Source: Malacoraja senta
Lineage: Eukaryota
Length of the DNA stretch: 58,704 nt
Direction: 5' to 3'
Assembly: GCA_038087875.1 (NCBI GenBank)
Contig: JAXLNO010000496.1
Location: 186,001 to 244,704, forward strand
Below are positions 37,301 to 48,975 of this stretch, piece by piece (the first letter of the stretch is position 1; each line of letters starts with the position of its first letter). The notes beneath the pieces were generated by a model, which saw nothing but the letters and a program-made list of their open reading frames with translations, had not been told where the DNA came from and made no database searches. Both the position numbers and the translations under genes were made by a program.

Positions 37301-38752
37301 AGTTTGACGTCAGGACGTCAGTGGTGGGCAAATTAATGGAAAGGATACTTAAAGATAATATATATATAAGCATCTGGATAAGCAGGGTCTGATTAGGAAC
37401 AGTCAACATGGATTTGTGCCTGGAAGGTCATGTTTGACTAATCTTCTAGAATTTTTCGAAGAGGTTACTAGGGAAATTGATGAGGGTAAAGCAGTGGATG
37501 TTGTCTATATGGACTTCAGTAAGGCCTTTGACAAGGTTCCTCATGGTAGGTTGGCTAAGAAGATTCAATTGTTGGGTATTAATGGTGGAGTAGCAAGATG
37601 GATTCAACAGTGGCTGAATGGGAGATGCCAGAGAGTAATGGTGGATGGCTGTTTGTCAGGTTGGAGGCCGGTGACTAGTGGGGTGCCTCAGGGGTCTATG
37701 TTGGGTCCACTGTTGTTTGTCATGTACATCAATGATCTGGATGATGGTGTGGAAAATTGGATTAGTAAGTATGCAGATGATACTAAGATAGGTGGTGTGG
37801 TGGATAATGAAGTAGATTTTCAAAGACTACAGAGAGATTTAGGCCATTTGGAAGTGTGGGCTGAAAGATGGCAGATGGAGTTTAACGCTGATAAATGTGA
37901 GGTACTACATCTCGGCAGGACAAATCAAAATAGGACGTACATGGTAAATGGTAGAGAATTGAGGAATGCAGTTGAACAGAGGGATCTAGGAATAACTGTG
38001 CATAGTTCCCTGAAGGTGGAATCTCATGTAGATAGGGTGGTAAAGAAAGCTTTTGGGGTGCTGGCCTTTATAAATCAGAGCATTGAATATAGAAGTTGGG
38101 ATGTAATGTTAAAATTGTACAAGGCATTGCTGAGGCCAATTCTAGTGTATGGAGTACAATTTTGGTCGCCTAATTATAGGAAGGATGTCAACAAAATAGA
38201 GAGAGTACAGAGGAGATTTGCTAGAATGTTGCCTGGGTTTCAGCAACTAAGTTACAGAGAAAGGTTGAACAAGTTAGGTCTTTATTCTTTGGAGCGCAGA
38301 AGGTTAAGAGGGGACTTGACAGAGGTCTTTAAAATTATGAGCGGGTTAGACAGAGTTGACGTGGATAAGCTTTTTCCATTGAGAGTAGGGAAGATTCAAA
38401 CAAGGGGACATGACTTGAGAATTAAGGGACAGAAGTTTAGGGGTAACATTAGGGGGAACTTCTTTACTCAGAGAGTGGTAGCTGTGTGGAATGAGCTTCC
38501 AGTGGAAGTGGTGGAGGCTGGTTCGATTTTATCCTTTAAAAATAGATTGGATGGGTATATGGACGGGAAAGGAATGGAGGGTTATGGTCTGAGTGCAGGT
38601 AGATGGGACTAGGGGGAAGTATTTATTTATTTAAAAAAAAAAAAATAATAATAATAATAATAATAATAATAATTATAATAATGTTCGGCACGGACTTGAA
38701 GGGCCGAGATGGCCTGTTTCCGTGCTGTAATGGTTATATGGTTATATGGTTA
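34331..38752 (+). mobile_element. Full-length B-type CR1 LINE (inactive), head-to-head with the preceding element
   Basis: 5'UTR with ~79-bp tandem monomers (34331-34510) and 24-bp repeats (34627-34720); frameshifted esterase ORF1 to 35657; ORF2 FLKCVYFNARS...YADDTK...38612; tail (GTTATATG)n. Confidence 0.95.
38646..38681. repeat. (TAA)n microsatellite after a poly(A) run in the CR1 3'UTR
   Basis: taataataa... seen directly. Confidence 0.9.
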
Positions 38753-38857
38753 TCTATTAGTAGATCTAATTTCCATTTCACGCCATGGTTGAGTCCTCTC
38801 TCGCAACTTATTTTTGTGCTGGGCAGTAATGTTTCATTGTTATGATTCACATTTACA

Positions 38858-38928
38858 TTCTTTAAATATTATCCAATGTTATCCATTTACTAGTTCTCCA
38901 ATCTATCGTTGGCAACCTGTTGAGTTTA
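38858..38928. repeat. 71-bp direct repeat flanking the L1 (left copy)
   Basis: ttctttaaatattatccaatgttatccatttactagttctccaatctatcgttggcaacct[g/c]ttgagttta, also at 52708-52778 with one mismatch. Confidence 0.95.
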
Positions 38929-39272
38929 GGTTTATTTTATTTTTATTTTATTAGAAGTTAATACAATACAAAACAATACAGTGGCACCTAATTTTAGGTG
39001 CCAACTATGTCATAACGTAATGCATTCTATGTACAACCTCTAGTTTTATGTTTTTGAAAAAGAGGTAAAAAGTTTTTTAAAAAAGAAAGAAAAAAATAGA
39101 GAAAAAAAAGAGGAAAAATAAATAGTATAAAATAGAAAAACGTGAAGTGTGTATTTAAGAAAAGAAAAAATAGAAAGTAGAAATAGTAGAAAAAGACCCT
39201 TAAAAAAGAAATTTTCAAATCTTTGTTTGGAGATGTAAATCTATCCACGACCTGACCTGAAATCAGTAATCT

Positions 39273-42200
39273 TTACGGTATTGCTGCATCACATGATTCC
39301 AAAAAGTCGATGAAAGGGGACCAACTCCTTAAGAATTGGTCATATTTATCTGTTAGGCGGAGTATCATTTCTTCAAGGTGTGCTATGTCCGTCATATTCC
39401 TAATCCACATTTTAATAGTTGGTATAGCTGTATTTTTCCAAAATTTAAGTATCAATTTCTTTCCAATTATTAACCCATAATTAAATAATACTTTTTGGTC
39501 TTTGTTTAAATTGATATCTTCTAATATTATTCCAAATATAATCCATTCCGTATTAGGTTCTATTCTTGACTTGAAGAGCTTTGTAAATTTATCAAATATA
39601 TCGCTCCAAAATGTATTCAGCTTTGTACATCCTACAAATGAATGTGTTATATTGGCATTTTGAAACAAACATTTATCGCATCTGGGAGAGACATTTGGGT
39701 AAAATTTATTCAACCTCGTTTTTGAATAATATAGTCTCTGTAATAATTTAAATTGAATTAAATTATGTCTTGCATTAATGGAACAATTATGTGTATTCAT
39801 CAGATACTTTTCCCATCTATCTTTCGGGATCTTTAGCATTAGTTCATGTTCCCAATCTTCTCTTAGTGCCTCTGTTGAGGGTAATTCTCTATTTAATATA
39901 CTATTATAAAAATATGATATTCGTTTTTGTGAATCAGCCTTAATATTCGTTGCTTCTTCTAAAGGGTCTAAAAATATAGTTTGAAATCTATGTATATATT
40001 TCTTCATAAAGTCACATATCTGTATATATTTAAAATATTGATTATCATTCAGTTTAAATTTAAATTTTAATTGTTGAAATAATAACAATTTGCCCAGTTC
40101 ATACATATCTCCTACTTTCCTAATCCCCAATCTATCCCATTGTTTATATGTTTTGTCGATAAGAGATGGTTTGAATGCAGGATTATTCAGAATTGGGGTT
40201 AATACTGATAGATTATTTAATTTCAAGGATAATTTTATTTGTTTCCAAATTCTTATTGTATTGTGAATAATTGGGTTCTTCTTATATATTATACTATTCA
40301 ATTTTATTGGTGAGAGCAAGATCGTTCCTATATCGTACGGGAAACACTCCTCTTTTTCCATTCTTATCCACTCCGACTGGTGAGTTGAACTATCCAACCA
40401 GTACATTATGTTCTTAATATGCACTGCCCAGTAGTAATACGTAAAGTTAGGTAGTGATAAACCCCCAGCTTCTTTAGGTTTACACAAATGCTTTCGTTGA
40501 ATTCTGTGTGCTCTATAATCCCATATAAAATGAGTGATATTAGAATCTAGTTTTTTGAAAAAATATTTCAGAATATATATTGGGATCGCTTGAAACAAAT
40601 ATATTAATTGTGGTAAGAAAGTCATTTTTATAGCGTTAATTCTACCTATCAATGAGAATGGGAGCGTTTTCCAAAATGTAATCATAACATTCAATTTATT
40701 TAATATTGGCATAAAATTGGCGCTAAATAATGATTTGTGTCTTCTCGTAATTTGAATACCTAAATACTTGAATTTTTCTGTTGCAATTTTGAAAGGGAAT
40801 TTTAATAAGTGTCTCGCATCCTGTGGTTTTAAAGACATGATTTCGCTTTTATTCCAATTTATTCTATATCCTGAAAAAGAACCAAATTCCTCAATTAGTG
40901 TTAATAAGGTGGGAATACTCGTTTGTTTATTAGTAATATATAAAAGAATATCATCAGCATATAATGACATTTTATTCTTTGAGTCCTTGGTATTATATCC
41001 GTGAATATTCGGATGATTTCTAATCCTTTCAGCCAGCGGTTCTATCATAAGGGCAAATAGAAATGGTGATAAGGCACAACCCTGCCTATTACCCCTTGAT
41101 AAATAAATTTTTGAAGATAACATATTGTTAGTTAATATTCTTGCCGTAGGTTTATCATAAAGTTGTTTAACCCATCTAATAAAATTCTCTCCCGTATTAA
41201 ATTTTTAGAGTACCTTATATAAATACTGCCATTCTACCTGATCAAATGCCTTCTCTGCATCCAGCGTAACGACTGAAATATCTTCATTGTCCTCATTGTG
41301 AGAATACATTATATTGAAAAGCCTTCTCAAGTTATTAAATGATTGTCTTTTGGGTATAAATCCCGTTTGATCCGGGTTTACCAATTTATTAATACAATTA
41401 TTCAGTCTTCTTGCTAGAATCTTTGCTAAAATTTTCTGATCCGTATTTAAAAGTGATATAGCTCTGTAAGAACGCGGTTCATCTAAATCTTTATCTTTTT
41501 TTGGTATAAGCGTTATTGTTGATTCTGCTAAAGTTTCTGGTAGTTTATTTTCGGTATAGGCCTGCGTGTATAAGTTGAGTAATCTTGGTACAAGTGACTC
41601 CTGAAAGCGTTTATAAAATTCATTACTAAAACCATCTGGTCCTGGGGTCTTCCCAATTTTCAATGAGTTTATTATTTGTTTTATTTCTTCGCTAGTAATC
41701 CGTGCTCCTAATTCCTCTTGTTCTAAACTATCCAATTTAGGGAAGTTGCAAATATCTAAAAAATTTGTAGTTTTACTATCATCTGTATTTATTTTAGTTG
41801 TGTATAAATTATGATAAAATTGGGCAAACCTTTTATTAATATCCTTTGGTAATGTTAGAAACTCACCCTTATCAGGTTTAATTTTAGTGATAGTATTTTC
41901 CTTTTCTTGTTGCTTCAGTTGCCTCGCTAATAATTTATGTGGCTTATCCCCAAATTCGAAGTGTGCCTGTTTTGTAATTTGGAAGTCTTATTACTCTATT
42001 GAGTTTATATTTCAATAAGGTTATCTTATTATGTTTATCTATAGTTGGGTCACTTGCTTTGTCCAGTTCCAGTAATTTTATTTCCTGTTCTATCCTCTGA
42101 AGTTCTCTTTTATTTTCTTTATTTTGATAACTTTGATAAGAGATTATAACACCGCGAATGTATGTCTTAAAGGTTTCCCATAATAGCGATACAGAAATAC

Positions 42201-43065
42201 CCGGCGTATCGTTTGCCTCGAAAAAAAATTTTGTTTGTTCTTTTATATACTCATAACCCTGCGGGTTATTTAATATTTGTGCGTTGAATTTCCAAAAAGA
42301 TTTTATACCCGGCATTCCCTCGATTTTAAGTATAAAAGTCAGTGGTGAATGATCGGAAAGAATACTATTATGATATGATGGTTTAATTGTATACGGGATT
42401 AATTTTGTATCCACTAAGAAATAGTCAATTCGTGAATAAGTTTTATGAGGCGACGAGTAAAACGAATATTCCCTTCCAATTGGGTTTGCTATTCTCCAAA
42501 CGTCAGTTATGGTATTATTTTTTATATAAGTATTTAAAAATTCACAGGTCTTAGATTTAACTAGACGCTTCCCTACCTTTATTGATTTATCTAAGTATGG
42601 GTCTATAACACAATTAAAATCTCCCCCCATTATAATATTTTGATAATTATGCTCTGCATTTATATCTAGTATTTTCTTAAAAAATTGGGGATTATCAAAA
42701 TTAGGCGCATAAATATTTATCATAGTTAATGGTGTATTGTAAATTTCTCCCGTGACTATAACGTATCTTCCCTCTTTATCAGATATAGACTTCTTTAATT
42801 TAAAAGGTATACCTTTCCGAATTATAATGACCGTGCCTCTTGCTTTAGAAGTGAATGAGGAGTAGTAGGTTTGACCTATCCAGTTTGCCCTTAATGTGAT
42901 CTGCGTTTGTTGTTTCAAATGCGTTTCTTGTAGGAAAGCAATATCAATGTTTAATGATTTTAATTGTGCCAGAATTTTACCCCTCTTAATTGGCTCATTC
43001 GCTCCTCTAATGTTCCAACTACAAAAAGTGAGACCTCCGGTGTTTATTCGACTATTATCTTGCAT
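39273..43065 (-). pseudogene. L1 ORF2 (APE endonuclease, RT, C-terminal Cys-rich domain), frameshifted
   Basis: SWNIRG, FLQETH, GGDFN, SRIDYFL, SDH, YRAISLLNTD, RQGCALSP, LYADD, CDKC...H...C. Confidence 0.95.
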
Positions 43066-44122
43066 TGGCTATTATTACCAGAATGTATAATTCATGTGAT
43101 GCAGCCAAGTACCTCGAAATCCCGAGTCCAGGGTTGTCCTTCATAATTTCTGCACTAGTTATACATCTCCTGACACTATTAAACATAATTAAGGGAAAAA
43201 GAAAAACATAAAATGAAGTGTTCATAAAGATTGTTAAATCATACAACGCATAATAGTGAAGTAACAAAAAAAGTGAATGTAAGTTATCAAAAAAGTGATT
43301 TCTTACAAAAAAGCCACCTATGGTGGCTAAGATTTGTTTTAAATTGACCTCCGTCGATGGAATTATGCACTGGGCTTTGTTCCCCTAGTAAAATATCATC
43401 CAACATTAGTTGGTTTCCTCCACTTATAACCAAAATTATCATGTCAGGTCGATTAATAGCCAAAAAATTTAAAATAAAATAGAAGAAAAGCTAGAACATT
43501 TACAATAAAATAAAATAGTAAGATTAAACGAGAACTTACCAAGTTTGAAGTTTGATCTTTATTTTATGAGGAGTAACGTTGAGGGATTACGTGAAGAAGC
43601 CCCGTCCAGCCGCACACGCGTCAATCTTTCAAAGCAGCGGAGTGACAATCACAGACGATAATTACTGAAGTATGATAGTAAGATGCATACAGACTTAGAA
43701 CTACCAGCTTGATCTTTTTATGAGGGTGGGAGCGGAGGGCACGTAATCCCTCAACGTTACTCCTCATAAAATAAAGATCAAACTTCAAACTTGGTAAGTT
43801 CTCGTTTAATCTTACTATTTTACTTCGGAGTCACGTGAGTGACTACGTGAAGATTTCAAAGCTCTGTGATTTCACACCGTGGATTCAAATCCAGGTGTTC
43901 ACTGCATCGATTGACTCTATTTGAGTAAGCACAATCAACAATGCATAACCACAACATTTGAATGTAATCAGTTAATGGTTTTATTTATTTTAATAAAAGT
44001 AACAAAATTAGGCCCATTTATTATAATGGGGGATTTAATACTGTATCCAGCACGGCATTACCAAACCCTCTGAGATCTTTAATCTCCTTGTGGTAATACT
44101 TGTGAAACATCTGTTCACTTGC

Positions 44123-44965
44123 TCATCCTGCGGCCACGAGAATAAGGTCTATTAGCACGTCTGAATCCCTGGCCGCTGATGTTGATGCCGCCCTGGTGGA
44201 ATGAGATTTAAATTTATCAGTATCAATACCTGAATATCTCAACACCTGTTTCAACCATCGTGAAATTGTTTGTGTTGACACTTTCTTATGAGGCTTTTTA
44301 TGACTAATAAAAAATGCCAATTCGGCGCCTCTTAAAACTTTTGTTGTTTCTATGTAACATTTCACATATGTTACTACACACAGTCGTGAATCTGTAGGAT
44401 ATGCTAAAAATTCCAACTTGCATCCTGTGAACCCAGGTCTACTTTGCTTCAGTAAATCATTAACATAGAATGTCACGGCATTTTGCCCTACTTTCATTCT
44501 ATCAATTCTGAGTTTCTGTAATGTGTGAAGTCTCTGTGCTGAAACTAATGCCATGAGCATAACCAATTTCATGGTAATTTTGGATAATGACAGAGTTTCA
44601 ACTGGATTCCAATTCCTTAGGAACATCAGTACATCTTTTACATTCCAAATTTCTGTATACCTGGGTCTGGGAGGATTAGAGTTGAAAATTCCTTTCATAA
44701 ACCTACAGACCCAAGGATGTGCTCCAATTCGAGTTTGTTCTGATTCACTGCTTAAATATGGAGAGAGTGCACTTCGTGCAGTATTAATTGCACTATAACT
44801 TAATTTCAATTCATAGTGTAGAGTTGAAAGAAACTCTATTACATCACAAATTTCTACTGTGTTATATACAATATTCTTTCCTGAACAAAACACCTCCCAT
44901 TTCTTTATATAGGAAATGTACTGCTTCTGGGTACTATTCCTCCAGGCTGCTGTCATAACCTCCAC
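44123..44965 (-). pseudogene. DIRS tyrosine recombinase (premature TGA just before the catalytic Tyr region)
   Basis: SAQR, HSTRAA motifs; the frame continues past the stop as *ASEQMFHKYY. Confidence 0.9.
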
Positions 44966-45078
44966 CGTACGATCTGATAATCCTTTTCCAAGATATGCCT
45001 TCTTAGAATCTGCAAATCAACAAACCAATACGATTATGTAAAGGATGTGATTCATTAGTCACAGGGTGTACAAGCAGT

Positions 45079-46790
45079 TCAATCTGCTTTGGAATAACCA
45101 TAAGGGGGGTTTTGATCATTTTTAACACCAGTGGGTACCATACCTGTGTAGGCCAATCTGGTATTACCAAAATCCCTGAGGCTTGAATCTTGTTTAATTT
45201 TCTGTATGCATTTGTGGATTAAACAAAATGGTGGAAAGCATACAGAAACATACCACCCCAATGTAGCGAGAAAGCATCCACCACTACTGCTCCAGGATCA
45301 AGTTCCCATGACACATACTTAGTCAACTGGTGGTTCAATCTTGATGCAACCAGATCACTTTCTGGCATTCCAAATTGTGTGATAATTTGTGTGAATATTT
45401 TCCAATTTAACATCCATTCTGTATTATCATTAAATTTACGTGATCTTTTGTCTGCAATTGTATTAATTTTTACCTGGTAAATATATTGCTGACAGCCAAA
45501 TTTTTCTGGCAATACCCCAGGTCCAAATTTCATTTGCCAATTTATCACATGATGCTGATTTTATACCACCCATGTGATTTATGTATGCTACAGCTGTAGT
45601 ATTGTCAACCTGTACCTGAACATGCACATTTCCCATATCAGTGCAATAAGCTGTAAGGCCGTAAAATGCGCCTAATAGCTCTAGATAATTGATTCCCAGA
45701 TTTTCCAGCAAAGGTACTTCATTCACATTCCACCTACCTCCACAGCTGGAAATCATGTTAGTAGCGCCCCAACTCAGCACACTTACATCAGTCTGTAGAG
45801 TGACGGAAGGTGTTTCTACCAGAACTTTTCTGGAAGCATTAGAAACATTGTTAATCCACCATTCTATTTCTGTATTGGATTGAATTGTTAATTTCATGGG
45901 CCTATCAAAATGCCCTCTATTCATTTTTAACGCTTGTACCTTAGCTCTCTGTAAACATTGATAATGCAATGGTCCAAACGTGACCGCTGGAAACCCTGCA
46001 ATTAATTTGCCTAGCAAACTTGCCACTTCTCTAATTGAAGGCGTGTCCTCGTTAATGGGTTTTATGCAACCAATTAACTGCAGCTTTTTATCTTTTGGCA
46101 AAGTGATTACCATGTGTTCGGAGTTAATTGTGAACCCTAGGTAATCAATCTTTTTGCTTGGTAACAATTTAGATTTTTGTAGGTGAATAATGAAACCTAA
46201 TTTCTCAAAATGTATTTGACTCTGGATACTGACAATTTTGCAGCAGCCAAAGTGTCCCCTACAATGAGGATATCATCTAAATAAGCCATTAATACATGGC
46301 CCTCAGCTCTTAACAGAGCTAAAATTTGGTTTGAGCAATTTAGTGAATAATCTTGGTGCTGAAATCAGACCAAGCAGAATAATATGCATTTTGCAGATCT
46401 ATGCTTGCCTTATAGCAATTCTTTGTGACTAGCTAAATGGCATTAGTAAATGTTTCCATTTTGAAATGTTTCTATTGTACATAAAGGTTAAGATTTGTCA
46501 GATCGGAAATGATTCTATATCCACCATCCCTTTTCTAGGAGAATATTCCTAGGAGAATATTTGACACAAACTGATGGTGTTGTTCTCCTGACATTTATAT
46601 CATCCTTTTCTGCATAAAGTTTTTCAATTCTCCTTTGATCAACCCATTCTCTTCCTTTGAGAAAATCCGTGACCAGTTTGAATTATGCTGAATTGGAGGA
46701 TCCAAACGTGGAGAGAACTCAATTTTGAATCCTACAATGCTACATAGAATAAATGAATCATTTGTTATTGATTGCCATTCTTTTAGGAAG
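45079..46790 (-). pseudogene. DIRS pol: RT, RNase H and methyltransferase-like domain, frameshifted
   Basis: IGGRLRFF; MAYLDDILI (~46264-46290); QTDVS..WG, INYLEL, DNTTAVAYINHMGG; DLVASRLN and YAFPPF-like motifs. Confidence 0.88.
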
Positions 46791-48975
46791 AATCGTAACC
46801 TTCCCCCTATTTGTGAGTGTGAAACATTTGTTGTGTTTCTTACCAGACCGAGCCCCCTAACCTCGGGGTTTGCCACCGGCAGTTGTTGTCCCCTTCTAGT
46901 AGGCACATTGTAACCTCCACGTATCATCGGTGCAGCACGTCAACGTGTATACGAGAATTATAGGATTGTTCCTTCTCCAGCACCACATTTCGCCTGTAGG
47001 GATACTGCCTTCTCACCGCTCTGCTCAGCATAGGTGATCCTTTAGTTTCTTTGCTAGATTTTCTCCAAAACAGATTTAGGCATTTGTATATTGCATGGTT
47101 TGCAGAGCCTGCATACTTAGGATGAATATTTGGTCTTATTGCATTTTTATGAATACAATTTATTTCAAAGTGCACACTACACATGAGTGCTACATTTTGT
47201 TGTGAATACGATATATAACCTTCATCCAAACCACTGACCCCAGAAATTTCAGCACTTGTGTAATGTCAATTCTTGTGAGCGTAAACCACTGCTCAAATTA
47301 CCCATATCAAGTTTATTCACTGCTGTAACTGCTACAATTTCCCGGGTCTCATATTTTTTGATAGTCTCATCCACGGTTAATTCCTGGGCTGATGGGAGAG
47401 TAGATAATTTATAGTCATAGCTATTTCCTCTCTCAAAGGTTCCCCTGTTACTCTGGGAACAGCAAAGTTTTGTGCCAGCCTTGGAACATTTTTGGCTCTG
47501 ATAATGGGCTCTGGTCCTCATTTAAATCATCATCTAAATCTAGATATTCATTTTTATGTTGGGTAATTTCTGGCTCCCCTGTTTCAGGTAAGTCTCTATC
47601 AGATTCCCCCTGCGCGGGCTCTCTTGTAGGCCCACGGACAGGCAGCCCTGCTTCAGGTGCTGCTGTTGCTGGCTCAATTCTAGGCCAACGCTTCATTATT
47701 TTTACTCTTTATATTTGTCGGTGCTGGCACATTTATCATTGCACGTTTGTGCTGCCTTTTGTTCAGGCATTTCTAGTACTGGCTCCCCAATAGGCCAACA
47801 CATAACTTGCCTTTTTTCTGGCATTTTTGGGCACTGGCTCTCCTGTAGGCCAACCTCTTTAATGTTTCTGCACAGGTACTGATGGCTCTCCTGTAGGCCA
47901 CCCTTGTGCCTGTTCCAAGGCACCTCCTGTGCTATACTTCATTGGCCAACACCGACTTAAATCCTCCTGTGTGGGTTCTTTACAAATCATCTGCCCCATA
48001 AGGAGTTAAAACGTTTTTGACCCTTGCAGTGTAATAATCTTACCTGCCTGAGGAGGGCATAACTCCGGGCCTGACTCATCCGAGTCTACAGGTCGGGCCG
48101 ATTTTTTTTTTTCCTCAGCCTTGCGCCCGCCCGCGGCGGTTTAACGGCACATTCGACCACAACAGGAGTTAATGGCTTCGCTGCCACTGACTCCCCTGAC
48201 TGACGCCCGCCACCCTTAGGATCTGGGGTTTTACTACAGTGCGTCCCTGGACTCTCCTTCCCATTTCTCTATAATAAACTTGTGTGGAGCTCCACCAACA
48301 AGACTAAACGGGAAGGAAACGCTCCTGTAAGTGAAAAGTAACCCACTTACCTTCCGACTTTTGTTTTACTTTTGTTTTACTCACCGGCTGGAGGAGCTGC
48401 TGCTCCTCCACACACGGACATGAACGCTATGCGTCTGATCGATAATGACGCGTGTGCGGCTGGACGGGGCTTCTTCACGTAGTCACTCACGTGACTCCGA
48501 AGTAAAATAGAATTATTATCGTCATTAATCAGACTTTTCATTAGCCTGTATGTTAGTTGATTCGTAATTAGTATTCAGAATATCTGTCTAACCTCCCCCA
48601 TCCTTCCTACTATATAGTTAGTCATGTTAGTATAATACATTAAACCTTCAGGGTTAATTGAGTTTATTGCGTATATATAATTAATTAGTTAGTTAGTTAT
48701 ATGCTGTATATCTAAATAATAGATCATATATTACTAAGACAAAGGCAGACCAACAAGACTGTTATAAATTCAAAAAAGAACAATCAATAATACTCAGGGC
48801 TGAAAAACATAGCGCAGAGCCTGCGACCTTGAACAATCCATCTGTTGAGCCTCAGTTTTTCAATTCAAGATAAAGTTAGGACTCTGTTATTAAAAAAACA
48901 CATTCTGGCGAAATAAGTATGTCTGAAAACCGTCTAAACAAAGTAAAAAACAAGTTCAGCCGGCATAGTGACTCG

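Larger units (their letters stand above)
43511..48510 (-). mobile_element. Structurally complete DIRS1-like retrotransposon (ITRs + internal complementary region), ORFs decayed
   Basis: 43511-43593 is reverse-complementary to 43740-43822; 43815-43853 to 48472-48510; 43588-43623 to 48446-48481; taaaatag at both ends. Confidence 0.95.

Noticed and set aside
43511..43822. Long hairpin as a miRNA or ncRNA gene
   Set aside because: Explained by the DIRS terminal repeat/ICR complementarity.
44123..46167. Recombinase + methyltransferase + RNase H as a phage/defence or novel system
   Set aside because: This is the standard DIRS1 gene set inside DIRS termini.
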